This document shows positions 9,477-18,219 of a DNA stretch of 61,080 bases, piece by piece. Position 1 is the first letter of the stretch, and every line of letters begins with the position of its first letter. The notes under the pieces were generated by a model that did no database searches, was not told the origin of the DNA, and was given only the letters and a program-made list of their open reading frames with translations. The DNA comes from a virus (lineage: Duplodnaviria > Caudoviricetes): positions 1-61,080 of the IMG/VR virus record IMGVR_UViG_3300032219_001741; one strand, given 5' to 3'. The position numbers and the translations under genes were made by a program.

Positions 9477-11027
9477 ATGGCTACTAATCCTGCACTTGTT
9501 GGAACGGATGCGATCACGACCCTGCTCTCTTCGCCGAACTACGGCGAAGCGGTGCGCACCGGGGCGGAATCGGAAGTCCGCAAAATCTGGGACAAGGTGA
9601 TTCGCTACGGCGAACGCTCCAAGAATTGGACTATGGGAATGGAGGGCACTTCGGAGGATTCTATGATTCTTTCGAAGACCGACACTTCCAAGGGCAACGG
9701 TCAAACCCTGCGCATCACGACCTCCACCGGTCACGCCAACGTCCCCGTCACGGGCGACAATGCGTTCGACGACGCAAACAAGTTTGACCGCCGTCTCCTG
9801 AACGGCTTCGACGTGACGGTTGACTGGGTTCGCTTTGGCTACTCTGAAACCGCCCGGATGGGTGAGTTGATGGGTCTCCGGGCCGAACTCATGAACCCAT
9901 CCGCCGTCCAACGCCTCGGCGAACAGGCCGCTGATTGGATGGTCGAAGACATGGGGATGACCTTCATCCTTGGGACCAATGCCACCGGGACGTTCTTTGC
10001 GGGCGGCAAGTCCAGCTTTGATCAGCTTACCCTGAACGACTCGGTCGGCATCAACGACATCATCAACCTGTCCAGCCTTCTCCGCCTCACCGGGACTCCC
10101 CCGGCAAAGGTTGGCAAGGATGGGATGGGCAACCCGATCAACAAATACATGTATGCGTTTCCGAGCACCGCTCTGGTTCCGTTGCGCAAGGAGTTGATCG
10201 CGAACGGTGTCCACCAGAATGCCGACGTTCGCGGCGACGCCAACGTGATCTACGCGGGCGGGTTGCATGAGCTTGATGGAAACATCATTCGCTCGCGTGA
10301 CATCGTCAATGCCGCGAACCACGGCGCGATCGGGTGCGAACAGTCCCCTGTTGCGTTCCTCGGCAAGGCCCTCACCTCCGGCCTGACCGGCGGCAACCGC
10401 TACATCTACGGTGGCTATCGTTCGGCCCTCGCCGACCTCAGCAAATACACCAAGCCGTTGCGCTGGTTCCCAGGTTACAGCTACACCTTCGCGAGCGGCA
10501 AAGGCCCTCGCGGTGGCGCGGCCTACAGCCCGGCGGCTCCGGACGCTGGCACCCCGCAGGACGCTCCTCGGTATGTGGTGATCGAGAACCTGAGCGGTGC
10601 TGACCGTGGGAAATGGGGCATGTATCGCATCGCGTCTCACAACGCGGACGGCTACATGGTCCACGACGTGGCGCTGGCCAACGGGACCAACTGCGGCAAC
10701 GTGGTTTGGTCCTCGGCCAACAACACCTCGACCCACCCGGAAGGTTCGTTCATCTGCCCGGTGACGGCTAACGGAGTTCCCTACGGGTTCGGCTACGCGA
10801 TGGGCTCCACGGCCATCATTCGCGGACGCGGGATGTATACCAACCATTACACCAACGAGCTGCGCGACCTTGGAATGGTCAACTGCTCGGCGGTGTCCTC
10901 GGTCTACGGCCACCAGATCGCGTATGACTTCATCGACCGTCAGGTCGGATTCGCGGTGATGGTCACCGCCATCAACCACGTTGGCCTGAGCTTCTGTAGC
11001 GGAAGGAAGCCGACCTTGGCCGCGTAA
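9477..11027 (+). CDS. Major capsid protein, N4-gp56/DUF4043-like
   Basis: DTSKGNGQTLRIT, VTGD, RGDANVIYAGGLHELDGNII and ELRDLG segments; strong codon bias; followed by a terminator. Confidence 0.85.
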   Translation: MATNPALVGTDAITTLLSSPNYGEAVRTGAESEVRKIWDKVIRYGERSKNWTMGMEGTSEDSMILSKTDTSKGNGQTLRITTSTGHANVPVTGDNAFDDANKFDRRLLNGFDVTVDWVRFGYSETARMGELMGLRAELMNPSAVQRLGEQAADWMVEDMGMTFILGTNATGTFFAGGKSSFDQLTLNDSVGINDIINLSSLLRLTGTPPAKVGKDGMGNPINKYMYAFPSTALVPLRKELIANGVHQNADVRGDANVIYAGGLHELDGNIIRSRDIVNAANHGAIGCEQSPVAFLGKALTSGLTGGNRYIYGGYRSALADLSKYTKPLRWFPGYSYTFASGKGPRGGAAYSPAAPDAGTPQDAPRYVVIENLSGADRGKWGMYRIASHNADGYMVHDVALANGTNCGNVVWSSANNTSTHPEGSFICPVTANGVPYGFGYAMGSTAIIRGRGMYTNHYTNELRDLGMVNCSAVSSVYGHQIAYDFIDRQVGFAVMVTAINHVGLSFCSGRKPTLAA

Positions 11028-11053
11028 TCAATCGGTCACTCGAACCTCAACTG

Positions 11054-11084
11054 GCGTCGCCCTGGAAACGGGGCGGCGCTTTTT
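11054..11084 (+). terminator. Rho-independent terminator after capsid gene
   Basis: gcgtcgccc-N8-gggcggcgc-ttttt. Confidence 0.85.
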
Positions 11085-11122
11085 GTTGGACAACGCGAAC
11101 AATCAGGGCATCCTAAACTTCG

Positions 11123-11485
11123 ATGGCGAAGGCGAAAACGGAATGGCGGTATTTGGTCTACCTAAACCACGTCAAGAGCTTGCGCCCGGGTGACAAAGAC
11201 GAGATCAAGTCGCCGTCAGGGATGCATCCCCAGGATTGGTTTCGGTGGGACTACGCGCGGAACCTCATGGTCTATCAGGGGCGCGGGTTGACGCTTTCCG
11301 AATACACCGACTTGCTCAACGATCCATCACGGCAGGACCGACTTGTGCAAACCGGGTGCGGCGTGCCTGCCAAGACCCCGAGGTGGTTCATTTCGGTGCT
11401 TCCGATCGAGGTCGAGATCGACGTTCTGGCCGAGAAGACGCTGGATCGCAAGCAGCTCAAGGCTACCCCGGAGCTTTCCGCATGA
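11123..11485 (+). CDS. Hypothetical protein
   Basis: 120 aa ORF with own promoter-like upstream sequence; ATGA-coupled to the next gene. Confidence 0.65.
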   Translation: MAKAKTEWRYLVYLNHVKSLRPGDKDEIKSPSGMHPQDWFRWDYARNLMVYQGRGLTLSEYTDLLNDPSRQDRLVQTGCGVPAKTPRWFISVLPIEVEIDVLAEKTLDRKQLKATPELSA

Positions 11486-11718
11486 TCCCAATTCAAGACA
11501 AGGTCCGGGCCGCGTTGTTGGCTCACGAGGAAATCGAACGCGAGTCAGGCGTAGGTTCCTTTTTTGACTGGTTGGCCAAAGAACGCCAGCGCCGCGTTGA
11601 CGAATATGTCGCAGCGGGCGGAACGCTCCCGATGGTCATCCATCACCGGGACGCTACTTTGGAACACCGGGCCGTGTTGGCCATGCAAGGAAAGACTCAT
11701 GACCGAAAGCCCAACTGA
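11482..11718 (+). CDS. Hypothetical protein
   Basis: MIPIQDKVRAALL start at an ATGA overlap. Confidence 0.6.
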   Translation: MIPIQDKVRAALLAHEEIERESGVGSFFDWLAKERQRRVDEYVAAGGTLPMVIHHRDATLEHRAVLAMQGKTHDRKPN

Positions 11719-11956
11719 AGCCCTCAACGCAGGACTCTCCGCATTCGCCGACAACCTCCCGAAAGGCACCGAAGCTGTCGCGGGTTTCTTCTTTGTCGCC
11801 GACGGCAAGGAGATCAAGCTGGTTCACGCGGTGCGCAAACACCGAGACAAGGTCAAGGATGACGTGATGAAAGACCGCATCCTCACGGCTTTGGATGAGT
11901 TCCTTCGAGACAAGCGCAAGGAGTGGTCAGGGGCGAAAGTGGTGATTGAGGGGTAA
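11699..11956 (+). CDS. Hypothetical protein
   Basis: MTESPTEALNAG start; protein-like composition. Confidence 0.6.
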   Translation: MTESPTEALNAGLSAFADNLPKGTEAVAGFFFVADGKEIKLVHAVRKHRDKVKDDVMKDRILTALDEFLRDKRKEWSGAKVVIEG

Positions 11957-12016
11957 CACCGCGCAAAACCACGCGCAACAGTTTGACTTTGCCGAAAATC
12001 AGGGAACCTGAAAGGC

Positions 12017-13261
12017 ATGTCACAACTTCTGTCACTATCTCGCCCGAAGTCGGATCAAACCTACCGGGCCAACCACAACGAACTCGCAGTTCGTCTCAAT
12101 GAATCCGACGAACTGATTGTCATCGACGATCAGGGCGATCAGGTTCAAAACTTGTCCGCCCTTGATCTCTCGTTTGAGATCACGGCAGCAGCGGAGGCGG
12201 CCAATGCCAGAAATGTCACCGTCACACTAGTTGATTCCAACGGCGATGCTTACCCGGTCTCCGGGGCCTTGCTTCGGGCGCGGATTTGTAACGACGGCAC
12301 CTCTCACGCGGTGGCGAGCAATGCCACCATCATCGCGGGTGATGGATGCACGACCGTTGATGCGATCAACGGCACCCACCCGAATACGAAAGACATCGTC
12401 ATCACCAACGCCACGGCGACGGCATCGACCGGCACTCTCACCATTTCCGGCGTCGTGGTTGACGGTGAGACGGTCACAATCGGGAGCCGGGTCTATCAGT
12501 TCCGCACTGGGGCCACGGCCCTTACCTCTGGCAACGTCGCGGTGGATGTCTCAGCACGAGGCACCAAGGCGCAAGGCATCCTGACGATTGCCGAGCCGGT
12601 GACGGCCGGGGACACGATCATCATTGGCACCCAGACCTACGTCTTCGTGACCGGCGCAACCAACGCCCCGGGCGAAATCGGGATCGGCGGGAGCGAGGCG
12701 GCGACCAAGTTGGCGATTCCGCTGGCGATCAACGGCGGAGACGGGTTCAATGTCGCGAACACCACCGTCACGGCGGCATCGGCGTTCTCGGCTGACATCT
12801 TGACCCTGACGGCTCGGTTCACCGGGACGCAAGGCAACAGCATTGTCACCGCCGAACTTGGCCAAGGTTTGACCCACGCCAGCAATGTTTTCAACAATTC
12901 GACCCTCGGCACCACAACTGCCGGGGTTGACGTAAGCGCCGCAAACGCCGGGGCCGATCTCGTGACCGCGATAAACGCCGACGCCAGCGCCATCGTGAGC
13001 GCATCAGGCACCGGCACTGTGACCATCACTGCTGACACCGCAGGCAACGCCGGGGATTCCATCGTCTCAACCGAGACTATGGCCAACGGCGCTTTTGGGG
13101 CCGCGACTCTGACGGGCGGGGCCAATGGAAGTCTCGCCGTCTTCAACCTCATCGTGACCGATGCCAGCGTTGAGACCGTGACCCTTCGACTTGGCCCCCC
13201 TCCGCTTGGGCTCAACTACCGGGCCGACTTCTCGGCGATCTTGGATCTGGCCTTTGCCTGA
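12017..13261 (+). CDS. Virion structural/decoration protein with beta-rich repeats
   Basis: Thr/Ala/Gly-rich; duplicated G.LTI..V..G.T..IG...Y.F motif; TTGACT upstream and terminator downstream. Confidence 0.7.
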   Translation: MSQLLSLSRPKSDQTYRANHNELAVRLNESDELIVIDDQGDQVQNLSALDLSFEITAAAEAANARNVTVTLVDSNGDAYPVSGALLRARICNDGTSHAVASNATIIAGDGCTTVDAINGTHPNTKDIVITNATATASTGTLTISGVVVDGETVTIGSRVYQFRTGATALTSGNVAVDVSARGTKAQGILTIAEPVTAGDTIIIGTQTYVFVTGATNAPGEIGIGGSEAATKLAIPLAINGGDGFNVANTTVTAASAFSADILTLTARFTGTQGNSIVTAELGQGLTHASNVFNNSTLGTTTAGVDVSAANAGADLVTAINADASAIVSASGTGTVTITADTAGNAGDSIVSTETMANGAFGAATLTGGANGSLAVFNLIVTDASVETVTLRLGPPPLGLNYRADFSAILDLAFA

Positions 13262-13286
13262 CCTTTTGACGGAGAGTGACCGACTT

Positions 13287-13314
13287 GGGCGGCCCTGAGT
13301 GGGGCCGCCCTTTT
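13287..13314 (+). terminator. Rho-independent terminator
   Basis: gggcggccc-N6-gggccgccc-tttt between convergent genes. Confidence 0.8.
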
Positions 13315-13319
13315 GCGTT

Positions 13320-16300
13320 TCACTTCTTGGCGCGTCGTTGAGCGATCTCGCGCCAGATTTCACGGACAGCGCGGACCCGCATCGCCTTCCATTCGGACTC
13401 CAATCGTTCAACGCTCGCGCGTTCTGGATCGGAAATGTCGCGCTTGAATCGGGCGATCTTGGCCGCCGAATCTTCGCCCTTATCACCTTTGATCCCCCGG
13501 AGTGGATTGCGGTCGTCGATCAAGTCAACCAGTTGCTTCGGTGTCGTGATCGCGTTGGGAGTTTTGCCGTCCGCTGCGCCGACTTCCGCAAGATTGGTCA
13601 GCTCACGTTCGACGGCATTTACGTCGTTGTTCAGGATCGCTTGATAGACTCGTTGCCGAGCCCGGCCCAGCTTTGTAGTGTCGCCCCCAGGATCCGCGCC
13701 AAGGCTGTAGCCGTTGCGTTCTGCCCAGCGGTTCGCGATGCGCCAGACTTGCGGGCTCGCGTTGCGGAAGTCCAAGCCGGTCCAAGCCCGGACGACATCG
13801 CCCCCGGCAGTGCGGCGCTCCATGGTGGATCGTTGCACGTCACCGCCCCCGGTGGTGCCCTCGACGGTCTTTTGCACCACGCCGTAGGATGCGGCAAAGG
13901 CCGGAGCCCAGATGTCGCGCATCTTGTTTCCGATCGCCATAGCCTTTTCTCCGGCGTCCATCTCCGAATGCACCAGAGGCTTGTCGGTGAATGGGTCGCG
14001 GTTCAGCATGAGGTTCAACGCCGTGCTGGCAACCGGGGAGGAAAACCATGAGCGTCCAAGCTGGACGGCGAATCCGGGATCCTCGCGCCCTTCCTCGACC
14101 CGCATCCCGAGGGAGTTGGCGTAGGGGTTAATGTTCGTCATATCGAACATCATCGGGCGGCCTTGATCGTCGAGCCCTGGCATGAGGGCGGAGAACTGCA
14201 ACGTGATGGGACCAATCTTGCGGCGTCCGCGCATCTCCGCGTAGATCGCTTCCCGGGCCTTGCGCTTGCGTTCGTCGTCATCGCCCGGGAGTCCGTAACC
14301 GAGGGCGGCCAACGAGTAGACCGTCACAAGACCAGGGATCGCCATCCACTTCGCAAGGGTGGCAGGGCGATACTGCATGGCGTTCAGCAAGATCCGACCG
14401 CTTTCGTAGTAAAACGACAAGAACGGCATGATGGTCCGCTTCAGGTTGCGCACCGTGGCGGTCTTCGGGACGTTGTCGTAGTAGGGGAACCACAGGCGGA
14501 CGTGCGCGGCGGCTTCCTTTGGACTCATGCCCGACTGCTTCGCCTTCGCGTAGGCGGCGGTTTTGAAGAGGGCGTCCTCGATCTCGTAGGCTTTGTTGGC
14601 CCCGGCCCGGAGCGACATCATCATCGCCTTAAACTTGCCGGGCGGCTTCTCCGGCAGGGTCATTTGAGCGATGGCGGCGGCGAATTCCTTGCTTCCGATG
14701 TCCGAACCGAGAACACCCTCGCGGAAGAGTTCCGCAAACGTCACTCCGCCCGAAGCCTTGCGGCCCACGACAAGGTTCCAGGCGTGTCCGTAGAATTGAA
14801 GGTTTGCAGGAGAAACGGGTGAGCAATACCCGAAATCAGCGAACATGAAGTTGCCGATGAGGTTGCGCCCGTGAGTGGCCGGGTTCCAACTCGTGTGCGT
14901 TTCCTTCCAAAGTCCAAGCATCGCGTCATAGATCTTGAGGGCATCGTTCGGGGCTCCGGCGATTTCGTAGAGGTCGCGAGCAAGGTTTTCCTCAACCCAT
15001 CGGCCGGAGATTTTGCCGAGGGCTTTGTTGTCGGCCATCCGCACGAATCCGGGACGTTCGGAATCACTGACGAGATTCGGATCGGCTTCCAACGTCGCAA
15101 ACATTTTGGCCATCGCGAGATCGTGGCCCATGGTGGCGATGATCTTTCCGACGACGTAGCCGGGGTCGCGGATCAGCCCCATGGCCGTCAGCTCGCCCTC
15201 GGTCTTCGGAACGGTCAGGTTGAACTGATCCGCCGTCTTCGCCATCACGTTGCGGATCTGCGAGCGGAGTTGCGGCGACACGGAATCGGCGTTGCGGTTC
15301 TCGATCACCGACACCGGGAGACGCATTTCCTTGGCCGTCAACCGCTCAACGTATCCGTGAAACCATTCGTCCCGGTCCTCGGCGGAATCGAAGCGCCACG
15401 CGCCATCCGCGCCGTGAGCAATTGGGCGAGGGTTCGCACCCCGGGTGGTGACGGCCCACGCATCCGAAAGCCGGGCTTTCGTGTAGCTGAGATCCATTTT
15501 GCCCTTGAGCATCTTCCGATCCCGCGCTTTCTCGATCGCGTTGCCGATCACCCCGGAAAGCCCGTATCGGTTCTGCTCGTGTTCCAGGTAGAATCGGCGG
15601 AGGTAGGTGCCAAATCCCTTTGCGACCGTCTCCGCTTTGAGTAGACCGGCGGCCACCGCGCGTTCGCCGAGAATGTCGATCGTTTCCCGCGCGGCTTCCA
15701 CGACAGGGCGAAGGGCGGGCGGCAGGGTGTTGAGGTTGGCCTCGCCTCCCAACACCTTCCACATCGCGGCCTGCATCACCGGGTCTTTGGCGTATTGCTT
15801 TGGCACCGTGAGCCCAAGCAAGTCCGAGGTTCCACCATCGCGGAGGATGCGCAGGAACTCGCCGCCTTCTTGACCGGCCAAGGACTTTGCAATGTCGGCC
15901 TCGCGTTGCGCCATGACCGCCTCGTGAGCCACGCCCCAATGCGGAATGAGTTGGGACGGTGCGGCATCCATCACCATCTTGGCGACCGGCCCAAGGACCG
16001 GGATGGCCTCAACAATGGCACTGGCGGCGGATGCGGCCTTCTTGGTCACACGCATCTTGCCCGCCCGGTTGAGCCCCTTGGCGGCAGCCTGGACGCCCTT
16101 TCCGAGTAGGGTGTTAAGCTTCCTTTCGACTCCGATGCCACCCATGCCGAGGGCTTTGGCTGGCGCGGGGTTTGTGGCCGGGACGGCACTGCTGGCAAAG
16201 AGCATCCCCGGCACTTCCTCGCGCAACCCGCTCGGGAATAGCGCCTCGCCTCCGGTGCGCGGCCTGGATGGCTGGCGTTCGCCTGTTTGCTTGGCGTCCT

Positions 16301-17552
16301 TCTTGTCTTCGGTGACTGGTGGACGCGGCTTCAAGGTGATCCGCACCGTCTCGTTGATGGCATTGCGCTCGCCCGGGGCGATCAACCAGTCGATCCCGTC
16401 CATCTCCGGCTTGGCGAATGCGGTGGGGTTGAGTTGGGCCGCCCGGTCTACCAGGGCTTGCGCTTCGGGGAACTTCTGCAACGTGGACTCGTAGATCGAA
16501 ACCGTGCCTTTCCCGGCCACTGGATTCTTGGCAAGCCACTTGCCAAAGTCCTGCATTCGGCGCCCGCGAAGGCTCATCTTGACCATCATCGACTCCGCTT
16601 CGCTGAGCGATGCGGGGATCAATTCCGTGAGGTCGGCGACGGTTCGCGCGGCGTCGGCCTTGACGAAAAACGAGGCCGCCATGGCTCCGGCGGTGGTCTT
16701 GAGGAAGTTGCGGCGGGTGGTGCCTTCCGGCACGGCAGCGGAGGCAAAAAGCATCTGACTTTCACCCTTGATAGAATCCGCCATCTCCGGGGTGATGGTC
16801 ACGCGCCAGATAGGGGTAGATTTCGCCTTCCACTTGCGAGCGGCAGCGATGTCATTTTCCGAAGACTCGTACCACGCTTGACTCAGTTCGGAATCCGTCG
16901 CCTCTGGGTGCTGCTCCTTATACCATTCTTTGAATTCGTTCGCTCCAACGTGCACTTCTTTGCCTGCAAGGTTGCCCTTTTCAACCTTCGCGCCCCACTG
17001 CTTGACGTATTTCTGGACTTCGGATGGGAGGATCTTGTCGTAGAATCCCTTCATGCCTTCGCCGCCAACTTTAAGCCCGTCGCCCTCAAAAACGGCAGCG
17101 GTGTCGTTTTCCACGGTCAGGATTTTCTCCGCCATGTCTTTGCCGATGATTTCATCCAACCGCTTGTTAGCGAATTGCCCGTATTTTACGGTCCCTCCGT
17201 CAACCTCTAAGTCGATGACGCTACCGGATTTCTCGAAAATTCGCACGTCGTGGAACGTGTCATCCCTCGCCTCAACCTCGATGCTGTCCACGCTCTTGGC
17301 CAAGTCGTAGCGGTCGTTCTGCGTCTCGCCCGAGGTCCATCCGACCCATGATTGACCGGAGTTCACCGCGTCGCGCAAGGCTCGCTTGAACATCGCCAAA
17401 CCCCATGCAGACGAGTTGCGGAACGGCATATCCGGAGTTTTCGGTGGGCCGATGTATTTGACCGCAAGGTCCGTGTCATTGACCAAGGCTGCCCGAAACT
17501 CATCATACGAGAGTTTCTTTCCGTTCAAAAAGTAGGTGCAGTCAGGACGCAT
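13320..17552 (-). CDS. Large virion/ejection-type polyvalent protein, C-terminal part
   Basis: 1410 aa; PDMPF..W...FKRALRDA and GMKGFYDKILP segments; helical C-terminal region (WNPATHGRN, MPFLSFY, NRDPFTDKPL) typical of podovirus internal proteins. Confidence 0.8.
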   Translation of the reverse strand: MRPDCTYFLNGKKLSYDEFRAALVNDTDLAVKYIGPPKTPDMPFRNSSAWGLAMFKRALRDAVNSGQSWVGWTSGETQNDRYDLAKSVDSIEVEARDDTFHDVRIFEKSGSVIDLEVDGGTVKYGQFANKRLDEIIGKDMAEKILTVENDTAAVFEGDGLKVGGEGMKGFYDKILPSEVQKYVKQWGAKVEKGNLAGKEVHVGANEFKEWYKEQHPEATDSELSQAWYESSENDIAAARKWKAKSTPIWRVTITPEMADSIKGESQMLFASAAVPEGTTRRNFLKTTAGAMAASFFVKADAARTVADLTELIPASLSEAESMMVKMSLRGRRMQDFGKWLAKNPVAGKGTVSIYESTLQKFPEAQALVDRAAQLNPTAFAKPEMDGIDWLIAPGERNAINETVRITLKPRPPVTEDKKDAKQTGERQPSRPRTGGEALFPSGLREEVPGMLFASSAVPATNPAPAKALGMGGIGVERKLNTLLGKGVQAAAKGLNRAGKMRVTKKAASAASAIVEAIPVLGPVAKMVMDAAPSQLIPHWGVAHEAVMAQREADIAKSLAGQEGGEFLRILRDGGTSDLLGLTVPKQYAKDPVMQAAMWKVLGGEANLNTLPPALRPVVEAARETIDILGERAVAAGLLKAETVAKGFGTYLRRFYLEHEQNRYGLSGVIGNAIEKARDRKMLKGKMDLSYTKARLSDAWAVTTRGANPRPIAHGADGAWRFDSAEDRDEWFHGYVERLTAKEMRLPVSVIENRNADSVSPQLRSQIRNVMAKTADQFNLTVPKTEGELTAMGLIRDPGYVVGKIIATMGHDLAMAKMFATLEADPNLVSDSERPGFVRMADNKALGKISGRWVEENLARDLYEIAGAPNDALKIYDAMLGLWKETHTSWNPATHGRNLIGNFMFADFGYCSPVSPANLQFYGHAWNLVVGRKASGGVTFAELFREGVLGSDIGSKEFAAAIAQMTLPEKPPGKFKAMMMSLRAGANKAYEIEDALFKTAAYAKAKQSGMSPKEAAAHVRLWFPYYDNVPKTATVRNLKRTIMPFLSFYYESGRILLNAMQYRPATLAKWMAIPGLVTVYSLAALGYGLPGDDDERKRKAREAIYAEMRGRRKIGPITLQFSALMPGLDDQGRPMMFDMTNINPYANSLGMRVEEGREDPGFAVQLGRSWFSSPVASTALNLMLNRDPFTDKPLVHSEMDAGEKAMAIGNKMRDIWAPAFAASYGVVQKTVEGTTGGGDVQRSTMERRTAGGDVVRAWTGLDFRNASPQVWRIANRWAERNGYSLGADPGGDTTKLGRARQRVYQAILNNDVNAVERELTNLAEVGAADGKTPNAITTPKQLVDLIDDRNPLRGIKGDKGEDSAAKIARFKRDISDPERASVERLESEWKAMRVRAVREIWREIAQRRAKK

Positions 17553-18219
17553 GAAATTCCAACGTGGTGAGATTTTTCCGAAACCCGGTAAGCATATTGT
17601 AGAGGCTTTTCATGGGGATGCCGCGATCTTCCGCCGCAGCCGTAACAGTTGCGAATTCCTGCCCCGTCGCCGAATCGACAACCCTCCTTGCGGAAGGATG
17701 TCGCGCACCCGTCCGACCAAACATCGGGTTTCGTTCTCCGAATTTGGTTTGCCTGATGCGATCCTTCCACCACTCGGGGAGCGTATCGCCTTTCTGGATT
17801 GATGTTGCGATTCCCTTTTTCGCTGCGGAGATTTTGCGCCCGTGCTCAGCGGTAAGTTTCCGCCCCTTTGATTGAGCACTGCGCTTTGCCCGTTCCTCGG
17901 GGCTAAAATAGCCACGCGAACGCCCGTCACCGCCATCTGTCTGATTCACCAGAGAACCGCCGTCTTCCTTGCGTCCGTAAAGGGAAATGAAAAACCGCTC
18001 CTTTTTCGCCGCTTCATCATCCGTTCGGCAAAGACAGAGGATTTCCACAGTGTGTCCGTGCTTTGCGACAACGGCATGCCACCACTTGTTGACCCGGTCC
18101 ATTGTAAATGCCCTTTCGAAATCAGGGCGACGTTTCAACCGGTTCGCTCCCTTTCCGACGTAAAACACTTCGCCCGTGTCATTGCGGACGTGCCTGTAGA
18201 CGTAAAATCGTTCATTCAT
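17542..18219 (-). CDS. GIY-YIG homing endonuclease with NUMOD3 and NUMOD1-like DNA-binding motifs
   Basis: YVY...FYVGKG, LVNQTDGGDG, KGRKLTAEHGRKIS, GERNPMFGR, TGQEFATVTAAA; more AT-rich than flanks. Confidence 0.88.
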   Translation of the reverse strand: MNERFYVYRHVRNDTGEVFYVGKGANRLKRRPDFERAFTMDRVNKWWHAVVAKHGHTVEILCLCRTDDEAAKKERFFISLYGRKEDGGSLVNQTDGGDGRSRGYFSPEERAKRSAQSKGRKLTAEHGRKISAAKKGIATSIQKGDTLPEWWKDRIRQTKFGERNPMFGRTGARHPSARRVVDSATGQEFATVTAAAEDRGIPMKSLYNMLTGFRKNLTTLEFHAS

